A stretch of 64,000 bases of DNA from Mantamonas sphyraenae STR306 (taxonomy: Eukaryota; Protista; CRuMs): the NCBI GenBank assembly GCA_026936335.1, contig JAPMXV010000067.1, forward strand, positions 248,001-312,000, given 5' to 3'. How positions within the stretch are numbered: the stretch's first letter is position 1; every line of letters starts with the position of its first letter. A program made the position numbers and the translations under genes. This document shows positions 11,301 to 19,359 of this stretch, piece by piece. The notes below the pieces were generated by a model. It saw nothing but the letters and a program-made list of their open reading frames with translations, did not search any database and was not told the DNA's origin.

Positions 11301-11957
11301 AATAATCGTTGCCATCTCTGTGTAACCGTTCTGTGCTGCAATGTACAACGGCGTGGCTCCGTCCGTACGCGACTCACCCACCTGTGCTCCCCTGTCCAGA
11401 AACACCATTGCCATCTCGGTGTACCCGTTCTGTGCTGCAATGTACAACGGCGTGGCTCCGTCCTTTTTCGCCTTGTCCACCTCTGCTCCCCTGTCCAGAA
11501 ACACCATTGCCATCTCGGTGTACCCGTTCTGTGCTGCAATGTACAACGGGGTGGCTCCGTCCTCCAACGCCTTGTCCACCCTTGCTCCCCTGTCCAGCAG
11601 TATCGTCACCATCTCTGTGTGCCCGGTCTCCGCTGCAATGTGTAGCGGCGTCCACGCGTCCCCGTCCGTTTTGTCCACTTCTGCTCCTCTATCCAGCAGC
11701 ATTGTCGCCGTCTCCGTGTGTCCCTTACGTGCTGCCATGTGTAGCGGCGTGCCTCCTTCCGCGTCCGCCTTGTCCACCTCTGCGCCCCTGTCCAGCAGCA
11801 GCTCTGCCGCGAGCGTGTTTCCCTCCGACACGGCCTGCAGCAACGCCGTCCACCCATCCGCTTTCTGCTCGTCTACGTCCGCACCCACTTCTATCAACGT
11901 CTCCATTCCACTCACGTCTCCCTTCTCCACTGCCCTCATCAGCTCTGTGTCCTGCAT
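8307..11957 (-). CDS. Ankyrin-repeat-only protein, copy 3 (37 repeats)
   Basis: 1216 aa from MQDTEL at 11957, with the same type of caps. A block of repeats is duplicated internally at a 495-bp offset (about 8790-9010 vs 9285-9505). Confidence 0.95.
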   Translation of the reverse strand: MQDTELMRAVEKGDVSGMETLIEVGADVDEQKADGWTALLQAVSEGNTLAAELLLDRGAEVDKADAEGGTPLHMAARKGHTETATMLLDRGAEVDKTDGDAWTPLHIAAETGHTEMVTILLDRGARVDKALEDGATPLYIAAQNGYTEMAMVFLDRGAEVDKAKKDGATPLYIAAQNGYTEMAMVFLDRGAQVGESRTDGATPLYIAAQNGYTEMATIILDRGAEVDKETKEGWTPLFVAAENGHTDIATMLLDRGAEVDKSLEFGWTPLHISAQNGHTETATMLVDRGAEVNKADDDGWTPLHIAALDGHTETVTMLVDRGAQVDMAMEDGATPLYIAAQNGYTEMAMMILDRGAEVDKATEEGWTPLLVASKNGHREIVAMLLDRGAEVGKTDRMGVTALFVASKNGHREIVAMLLDRGAEVDKETEDEWTPLFVAVLEGHTSTATMLVDMGAKVNEPRTNGATPLYIAAENGHTETAMMLLDRGAEVDKVNMNGDTPLYIAAENGHTEMATMLLDRGAEVDKGTQDEWTPLFAAAVNGHTEMATMLLDRGATVDKAMEDGWTPLFAAAVSGHTEMATMLLDRGAEVDKVNVNGATPLYIAANNGHTEMLAMLLDRGADVNKSGTNGATPLYIAAQNGHTEMLAMLVKRGAELDKATEDGWTPLLVAAQNGDTETAVMLVDSGADVNQGNVNGATPLYIAAQNGHTETATMLLNRGAQVNKVNVDEATPLYIAAQSGHTEMVTMLLDRGAEVDKANVNGTTPLFIAAQNGDAETAMILLDSGADVNQGNVNGATPLYIAAQNGNTETAMMLVDRRADVNQGNVNGATPLYIAAQSGHTEMAVMLLDRGAEANKSRTNGATPLYIAALYGHTETATMLLDRGADVDRAEEDGWTPLHIAAQNGHTETATMLLDRGAQVDMAMEDGATPLHIAAENGDTETAMMLVDRRADVNQANVNGTTPLFIAAQNGDTETAMMLLDRGADVNQGNVNGATPLYIAAQSGHTEMAVMLLDRGAEANKSRTNGATPLYIAALYGHTETATMLLDRGADVDRAEEYGWTPLLIAAQNGHTETATMLLDRGAEVDKVDVNGATPLHIAAENGDTETAMMLLDRGADANKGDWDRWTPLHIAAQSGHTEMATMLLDRGADVDKADDRGLSPLFVAAEIGNVDMVMLLLDHGAEVDKVDQHGLTPLCFATEKTHAEAATMLLDTMAAW

Positions 11958-11971
11958 CCTCGCTCTTCGCT

Positions 11972-12165
11972 CGCAACACGTCAGCCAATATTCCACAGTT
12001 CCTTCACCTCTCCCCTCTCCTCATGTCCACTCCCCCACCTCCCCTCCCCACCTCCCCTCCCCACCAGTTCGCCTTGCACACACCTCTCACAATCAATCCA
12101 ATTGCGCCTCCTCGCGCATACCAACCCGGTCGCCTTCTTCCCTGTCCCCGCTCCTCCAACCACCC
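11972..12165. repeat. Right terminal copy of the direct repeat (probable intron of ankyrin copy 3)
   Basis: Diverged homolog of 818-965, 4746-4921 and 7917-8092. Confidence 0.8.
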
Positions 12166-12308
12166 CAACCACCAACAACCATCTCACCTCACCTCACACT
12201 CCCCATCAACGCAACATGCTACTTCCATCCCATCCCAAAGCAAGACCCCAACTCGACCCAATCATCCTCCGGACCCTTTCTTCCCCCTTCTTCCCCCCTC
12301 CCCTCCCT

Positions 12309-14641
12309 TCACCGGTTCAAGGACATCAGCTTGTCAAACAATCCCGCTACAAACGGCGTGAGCTTCGTCCGGTTGTAAAAGTCACCACATCGACGAAGCG
12401 CGTCCATCTGCGTGGGATACGGATGAATCACGGTTGCCTGGCTCGCCATGCTGACCCCGTTCACCATACACGTCGTCACCTCGCTGATCATGTCACCGGC
12501 ATTCTCTGCCACAATCGTCCCGCCCAGAATGGCCCCGCTGCTGTTCACGTGAACCCGCACAAATCCTTGCTCCTCCCCGTCGCAAATTGCACGGTCGTTG
12601 TCCGCAAGCATCACCTCGTACGTGCTGTACTCCACTCCTGCTTCCTCCAGCTCTTGAGGGTACGATCCCACGTGCGCCAGTTCCGGGCTCGTGTACGTGC
12701 ACCAAGGCACCACCAACGACGACTCTTTCGCCCGCCCATAGAACAAAGCGTTGCGGATCACCAGCCGCGCGTGCCAGTCCGACACGTGCGTAAACTTAAA
12801 CTTGGAGCACACGTCTCCCACGCCGTAGATGTTGCTCACCGTCGTCTGCAGCGAGTCCGACACCGTCAGGCCCTTCTTGGCGTCGTACTCCACGCCAATC
12901 TCCTCCAGGTTCATCCCCTCCACGTTTGGTTTGCGACCCGTTGCCACCAGCAGCTCGTCCACCACGTACGTCTGCACCTCGCCTGTTGTCTCGTTCCGCA
13001 CGTCCACCTCGATCTCTCCCGCCTCGTTCTCGCGCACCTCCTCGTATGCAATGCCCAGCACCATCTCAACACCATCGCTTGCCATCTGACCCTGCACCAC
13101 CGCCGCCGCATCTGCCTCCTCCGTCTTCAGGATGCCTTCCGAGCGCCCAAACAGATACGTTTCCGATCCAAACCGCGCAAACGCTTGCGCCATTTCGCAC
13201 CCGATGGCTCCCGTGCCAATCACGCCAAATCGTCGTGGCAGCTCCTCCAGGTTAAACAGGGTCGCGTTCGTCAGGAAACGTACGCCGTCGATGCCCTTGA
13301 TCGGCGGCACCGCTGCGCGTGCTCCCGTCGCAATCACCGCCTTGGTGAAATTCAGCTGCTGGCCGTTCACACTCACGCAGTTGCGGTTTTCAAACTGCGC
13401 GTGGCCGATAAACACGTCAATGCCCAGCTCCGTGAACCGGTGCACAGAGTCGTTCGGCGCAATCTTGGCCCGAATCGCACGCATACGCTCCATAATCGCA
13501 CCAAAGTCCACCTTCACCTCTCCTTGCACCTCCACTCCAAAGCTGGCGCTGTTCTTTACCTCCCAGCACGTGCGTGCGCATCGCAGCAGTGCCTTGGACG
13601 GCACGCAGCCCACGTTCAGGCAGTCTCCCCCATACAGGTGCTCCTCAATAATGGCCACACGTGCGCCGACGCCTGCACTGCCAGCTGCCGTCACCAACCC
13701 GCCTGCACCGGCTCCAATCACAACCACGTTGTAGTTCTCCGCCGGCGTCGGGTTGATCCACTCCTCCGGGTGCACGTGCTTGATCAGCTCCTGGTTGTGC
13801 TCGTCCATGGGCGACAGGTTCAACTCGGACGGGTCCGTGTTCACCACTCGCTCAGACGCAGGGAACCCACGTGTCAACGTGTGCAGAAACGCATCCGCCT
13901 CCTTTGACGACAGCGGCGGCAGAAGCGCCGCCAGAGCCTGCTCCACGCCCCCCACCCCCACCACATCACCCAACTCTGTGTCAGCGAGCCTTTCTCCCTT
14001 TCCCCTCACTCATCACCGCTCTTGGGCGCCACCCTTCCACCCAAAAAGAAAAGCCCCGTTCCAGGGTGCCCGCCTGCCTGTTCCCTGCACCTCTCTCCCT
14101 CTCTCTCCTCTTCCCCCCATTCAACCCGTCACCCACCTCCTTTTCCATCCCCTGTGCCTCGTTCTCGGTCCCGTTCAGCTTCTCCACAAACTCTGGGTCG
14201 TGGTGACGGAACCGATAGTACAACGCCTCGTCCTTCAGCTCGTGGTCGTTCGTCACGTGCTGAAACAGCCCGTTGCGATACTGCCCTCCCACACCACCAT
14301 CCACACATCCCATGTCAGTCCTCTCTTTCACCAGCCCTCACCCTCACCCTCACCCTCACCCCTCCGTCCCCTCCGTCCCCTCCTCACCAACTCACCAGCA
14401 CGTTGCCCATCTCCACTGCCACCTCACGGTCGCCAGCATAGTTGTTCTTGATCAGCCAGTCCACGAGCTCCGTGCCCACAAAGCAGTTCTCGTATGTGCG
14501 GAAGAAGTACGTGCGGTCCTTCACCTGCACCCCCTTGGGTCCAGACACCTCCTGCGCCAGCTGCTGGTAGCGCTGGTCCACGTTGATCTCCTCCTCGCTC
14601 CCTTCTCCCGTTGTTGTCACTTTGCCATCAGTCGTGGACAT
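12309..14641 (-). CDS. DEP domain fused to a class-I pyridine nucleotide-disulfide oxidoreductase (mercuric-reductase-like); exons 14641-14396, 14280-14137, 13937-12309 (~672 aa)
   Basis: Exons 1-2 encode VKDRTYFFRTYENCFVGTELVDWL...GLFQHV...LYYRF (DEP). Exon 3 has GAGAGG, GGDCLNVGCVPSKAL, GTGAIG, YGVGD and HPYPT. Both introns are phase 0 GT...CTGAC...CAG. Confidence 0.85.
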
Positions 14642-15027
14642 TGTCAGTTTTTCAGATGGGGCCGTTGGCGCCGCCGCCCCGTCGCCCCCAGCCCAAACCC
14701 GTTCTTTGCAAGCTCAATCGTCTGTCGGCACAGTAGACACTCGCCGAACTAGCAACAAGGTATGCAACGTGATGCCCACCCTCCTTCTCCACCCCACCCC
14801 TCCCCTCCGGATACCCACCGTCCTGGCTGCCCAAACCCACGCCGACATCACTCCCCAAGTGCTCACTCCCCACCCCACGGCGCCCAACCCCCCCCTTGCC
14901 CTTGCTCCACCCCAGACTACCCCCCTATGATTTCGGGACCCGCACAACAGCATCCCTAAGTGATCCAAGCCACCCCGACCGCACAGCGCAAAGAAAACAC
15001 AGACACAGAGACACACACCCGCCGAAA

Positions 15028-15574
15028 ATGACGCAGATGACCTTGCCCAACAAGCCGTCGCTTATCCACTTTGGCGACTACAACTTTATGGTGATGGAGT
15101 CGCCCACCAATAGTAATCTGCATTTGTACATGGAAGAGTTTGAAAAGAACAACGTCACCAAGCTGGTCCGCGTCTGTGAGCCCTCCTACGACATCAAGCC
15201 CCTCACGGACGCGAACATCGACGTTCACGTGCGTTACCTCAGCCCGACGCCCCACCGCCCGTTTCCCGCACTCGGGCGTTCCATTGTCCCCGCCAGCCCG
15301 TCCCACCACACACATGCCCACCCGTCCCACCGGGTGTCTTGCATGCAATGCGTCTCCTTGCCCTTGCACTGCCCCTTGCCGCCAATGCATTTTTTTTCGC
15401 GGAACCCAGCTTCCACCGGCTACCTGCGCTCACATTGCCCTGTGCCTCTCCTCGCACCCGTGCGTATCCCACAGGACTGGCCATTCAAGGATGGCGAGAG
15501 TCCGCCCGCAGACATCATCGACTCATGGCTCGACCTCGTCGACGAGACGTTTGGGAAGGGAAAGAAGAAGTCGG

Positions 15575-15608
<34 letters not shown>

Positions 15609-15864
15609 GAGCAGCAGCATGAGCAGCAGCAGCAACAGCTCAGGCGACGCAGCCAATGGCGAGACCATTGCTATCCACTGTGTGGCCGGCCTTGGACGTG
15701 CCCCGGTCCTTGTTGCTCTTGCTCTTGTCGAAAACGGCATGGAGCCCCTCGACGCCATCGACTACGTCCGTGAGTCCCGCCGAGGCGCCATCAACCAGCG
15801 CCAGCTCAAGTTTATCTCTCAAACATACAAGAAGCGCAAGAAGCCCTTTTGCATCATCCTCTAA
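15028..15864 (+). CDS. PTP4A: PRL / PTP4A prenylated protein tyrosine phosphatase; exons 15028-15228, 15475-15864
   Basis: VRVCEPSY, DWPFKDG, HCVAGLGRA active site, RRGAIN and a C-terminal CAAX (CIIL). Intron 15229-15474 is GTGCGT...CACAG. Confidence 0.92.
15577..15638 (+). repeat. (AGC)n poly-Ser microsatellite inside the PRL coding region
   Basis: Visible AGC tract. Similar tracts lie at ~16552-16602, ~45711-45740 and ~52327-52361. Confidence 0.85.
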
Positions 15865-15918
15865 GGACCCAGAAACACAACCAATACAGCGGTCACCTCA
15901 CCAACGCAACCAACCCCC

Positions 15919-17160
15919 ATGCCGGCCAAAAAGAAGGACGCCAGCTTCTTGCAAGGGTTGGACTTTAGTTCTGAACTGGACTTTGGCGGAGACAGCTCGG
16001 CGGCAGCGGCTGGCGATGGTCTGCTGGACCAGCAGCTGGCCAGTCTGGACACCTCGGCCAAGTCGGTCTCGTTCGCCACCGACCTGCCCGCCTTTGCTCT
16101 GCCCGACGTGGGCGGCGCACAGAGCGCACCTGTCGTCGACGAGGCCGAGCTCAACCGTCAGTTGCGCGAGCATGTGCAGCAGGAGAGCATGCTCACCAAC
16201 CCTTCCGCCAGGCCCAGGCGGCAGACCCGCGGAGGGCGACGCAGCAGCTCTCGCCGCCGCAAAACACGCAAGGTCGAAGACGACGGTGCCGAATTCGATG
16301 ACAGCGAGGACGAAGACAGCGAACCGCCGGAAGAGGATGATTCGGATGAGTACAAAGGGCCCTCTGACGACGACGACGAGGACGATTACGAATTGGACGA
16401 GGACGACCTCGAGTTTGACGAAGACGACCTGCGCCTCGACGACGACGGCGACTATGACGACGACGACGATGAGTATGCACAGGACGGGGAAGTCGTCGAC
16501 TTTAGCCGCAAGGGCTCTCAGCCTGCCAGCAAGCGTCAGAGGACAGGCGGAAGCAGCAGCAGCAGCAGCAGCAGCAGTAGCAGCAGCAGTAGCAGCAGCA
16601 GCAAACCCAAGGAGCGTGGCCCGGGCAGGGAACGCGCACGTGTGTACACAGCAGATGCAAAGGATGACGAAACAGTGCATGCTCATGTGCGTGCCAAACG
16701 CAAGCGTCGCCGCGAGGACCTTAATCTGGAGGGCAAGAAGGGGTCCTACATGAGTTCCCACGGAAGCGAGTGGAGCTCCAACGCAATTGCCATCGATTAC
16801 GAAGACACTCGCGTCGTCGGTTCCAAGAACGTCACCGTCCCGCAGCGCTGGCGCAAGTTTGAGGGCCAGCTCAAGATGATGATGTTTGGCTTTGGCGACT
16901 CGGCCACCCCCGACGCAGACAGCCTCGCCCTCATGGAGAGCATTGCCTGGCGCTATATTTATGACGTTACTCACGACAGCTTCCACGTTGGCAAGAACCG
17001 CAAGCGCTTCCAGTACGACGACGTCCTCTTCAACGTCCGCAAGGACACAAAGAAGTACCGCCGTGGTCAGCAGCTCCTTCACCTCAACCGCGAGCTCCAA
17101 AAGGCCCGAAAGACGTACCAATACGACGAACGGGCCATGGCAGCCGACGAAAAGGCATGA
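15919..17160 (+). CDS. TAF13: TFIID subunit TAF13-like histone-fold protein with a long acidic N-terminal extension
   Basis: The C-terminal LKMMMFGFGD...DDVLFNVRKDTKKY...ELQKARK matches the TAF13 pattern. Confidence 0.8.
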   Translation: MPAKKKDASFLQGLDFSSELDFGGDSSAAAAGDGLLDQQLASLDTSAKSVSFATDLPAFALPDVGGAQSAPVVDEAELNRQLREHVQQESMLTNPSARPRRQTRGGRRSSSRRRKTRKVEDDGAEFDDSEDEDSEPPEEDDSDEYKGPSDDDDEDDYELDEDDLEFDEDDLRLDDDGDYDDDDDEYAQDGEVVDFSRKGSQPASKRQRTGGSSSSSSSSSSSSSSSSSKPKERGPGRERARVYTADAKDDETVHAHVRAKRKRRREDLNLEGKKGSYMSSHGSEWSSNAIAIDYEDTRVVGSKNVTVPQRWRKFEGQLKMMMFGFGDSATPDADSLALMESIAWRYIYDVTHDSFHVGKNRKRFQYDDVLFNVRKDTKKYRRGQQLLHLNRELQKARKTYQYDERAMAADEKA

Positions 17161-17360
17161 AGGAGCCCACACACACCACACAGCCCTCACCTTTTTGCCC
17201 ACGATGCAATGCGTACACAATGCAACACAACACATCAGTCACACTTTGCTCCTCCTCCTCCTCCTCCTCTTCCTCCCCTCTCTCACACACTCCCCCATTC
17301 TCAATGCGGCTCCCGCCCTCGCCCTGTCGCAGCAACTCCAACACCCGACTCCCCTCCCAA

Positions 17361-18281
17361 ATGGGCAACGCAATCAACTCGCTGGTGTTTCCGACACACC
17401 TGTTCGGAAGCATGGTCGTCCACTACCCCGACTACTACCAATATGTGACGTTGGACGACGGCCTCCAGGTGTGCTGGGCTGAAATCAAGGCCGACGTCGA
17501 CACCGACGAATACATCCTTTACTCCCACGGAAACGGAGAGATGATGCCTCTCATCGACGAATGGATGCAGTACCTTGCCCGCACCCTCGGTCGCAACGTC
17601 GTCTTCTACGACTACCCCGGCTACGGCAACTCGGACGGCGTGCCCACGGAAAAGAGCGTATACCAGGCCGTCAACGCCGTCTACGATCACATGGTCTTCT
17701 CCATGGGCATCGACCCGCGCAACATTGTCCTTTGGGGCCGTTCCTTGGGCAGCGGGCCCACCTGTGAACTGGCCTCCACCAAGCCCGTCAAGGCCGTTTT
17801 TCTTCAGTCCCCTCTCGCCAGTGCCTTCCGCGCTGTCATCGACACAAACGTCACCTTCCCGGGCGACATGTTTGTCAACGTGAACAAGGTCGACAAGATC
17901 AAGGGCCTCGTCACCATCATCCACGGCACCGACGACGAGGTCGTTCCCTGCCGCTGCGGCGAAGCCGTCGCAGAGAAGCTGGTCAACGTCTTTGAACCCA
18001 TGTGGCTCGACGGTGCTGGTCACAACGACATCGACAGTCACTACACAGGCGTCATTGTCGAGCATGTCCAAAACTTCCTCGCCGCAGTCGACGACCAAGA
18101 CACGGACGCCCTCCTCGCAGAGGACATCACCACCCTCCACGAGAAACGCGCAGCTGCCCTCAAGAAGAAGGAGGAGGATGCCCAAAGGCCCACCTCTTCC
18201 TTCTCCTCCATGTTCTCCGGCAGCTCCGCACCTCGCGACGACGACGACGACAACACCCAGACCTCTTCCTCGCTCATGTGA
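17361..18281 (+). CDS. ABHD17: ABHD17-like alpha/beta hydrolase (depalmitoylase family)
   Basis: YSHGNGE, YDYPGYGNS, the GRSLG nucleophile elbow, HGTDDEVV and GAGHND. It starts MGNAINSLVFP. Confidence 0.85.
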   Translation: MGNAINSLVFPTHLFGSMVVHYPDYYQYVTLDDGLQVCWAEIKADVDTDEYILYSHGNGEMMPLIDEWMQYLARTLGRNVVFYDYPGYGNSDGVPTEKSVYQAVNAVYDHMVFSMGIDPRNIVLWGRSLGSGPTCELASTKPVKAVFLQSPLASAFRAVIDTNVTFPGDMFVNVNKVDKIKGLVTIIHGTDDEVVPCRCGEAVAEKLVNVFEPMWLDGAGHNDIDSHYTGVIVEHVQNFLAAVDDQDTDALLAEDITTLHEKRAAALKKKEEDAQRPTSSFSSMFSGSSAPRDDDDDNTQTSSSLM

Positions 18282-18383
18282 CACAGAGACGAAACAAGGA
18301 CAGCAGACAGTTCCCCAGCCCACCTATCCATCCATCCACAACTGCACATCCTTGCTTGTCATTTCAATTTGCATTCCTTCCCT

Positions 18384-19306
18384 TCATCGCAACAGATCGC
18401 TCGTCTCGTGGCCAATGATCTTGTCGTGCAGGTGCAGGAAAAAGGGAATGTGGAGCACAAACTCGAAAAAGTCGATCATCCCATCCATGTTGACGTCGAT
18501 TTGGCGCACCAGTTCACTCGTGGCCGCCTCGCTCAGTTTGTGCTCGCCCGTCAGCAGCACCAGTCGCAGTTCCTCCTCGCTCACATACCCGTCCTTGTCG
18601 TCGTCGTACAGCTCATACAGCTCCTTGTACTTTTTGATGGCCTTGCTCAGCAGATCAAAGTCCATCCGTTCGAAAGCCATGGCAACTTCGTTCCCACCCT
18701 TGTTTGCTTCGTTCTTCTCCGTCAGCTTCTCCTGCAGCCTGTCCGACAGCGCTGCCAGCACCACAAACTCGTCTTCATGCACACGTGTGTCGGAATCCAG
18801 ATCCAAAATCGTCCCCACCACCATGGCCTGCCTCGCTCCCCCCTCAAGCAGCTCTCCCAGCTCCTCAAAGCTTAATGACTTTTGCTGCACATGTCACACA
18901 CCCGTCTCCTTGTCAGTGATTGGTTCTTCCTCTCACTGCATGCATCCTGTGCCAGGATCGAGAGCCCGTGCTGCTGCAAGGAGCCCTTGAGAGTCTAACG
19001 TCCCTCGACCCTTTTCTTCTCTTCGCCACCTACGTTGTTGCTCAGCTCACGGAACACCGTGCGGTACTTTGCATCCAGCCCGTCGTCCCATACACTGCTC
19101 ATGTGCATTGCCAGCTCCATGTTTGTTGACGACAGCTTGCGCATGAGCTTGTTTTCCCTGCCGGCTTCCACGTCGTCACCACGTCCATCCTCCTTCTCCT
19201 CCGTCTCCAAGTCCTCGCCCTCCGGGTGCGTCAGCTGCGACGACGTGCTGCTTCCACTACTCGAGCTGACCATCCCCACAATGCGTTTGTCTCTGATGTT
19301 GCTCAT
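18384..19306 (-). CDS. Calmodulin-like EF-hand protein; exons 19306-19034, 18884-18384
   Basis: EF loops DLDSDTRVHEDE, DDDKDGYVSEEE and DVNMDGMIDFFE. The phase-0 intron is GTAGGT...CTGAC...TGCAG. Confidence 0.8.
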
Positions 19307-19359
19307 CTCCCCTCTTGCCCGCGTCCACGCGTTTCCTTGTCCCTGCGCTCGCCAATCCA

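Noticed and set aside
1180-11957. 99-bp periodic repeats as a CRISPR array or satellite
   Set aside because: The units are in-frame ankyrin codons with no repeat-spacer structure, there are no cas genes, and the context is eukaryotic.
1018-12378. Long plus-strand ORFs over the ankyrin genes (e.g. 2432-4099, 5234-7072, 8404-10731)
   Set aside because: These are antisense shadows of a repetitive GC-rich coding strand, with no independent protein features.
12309-14009. merA mercury-resistance gene or bacterial contamination
   Set aside because: No C-terminal Cys pair, no mer operon, and it is spliced to upstream exons through canonical introns.
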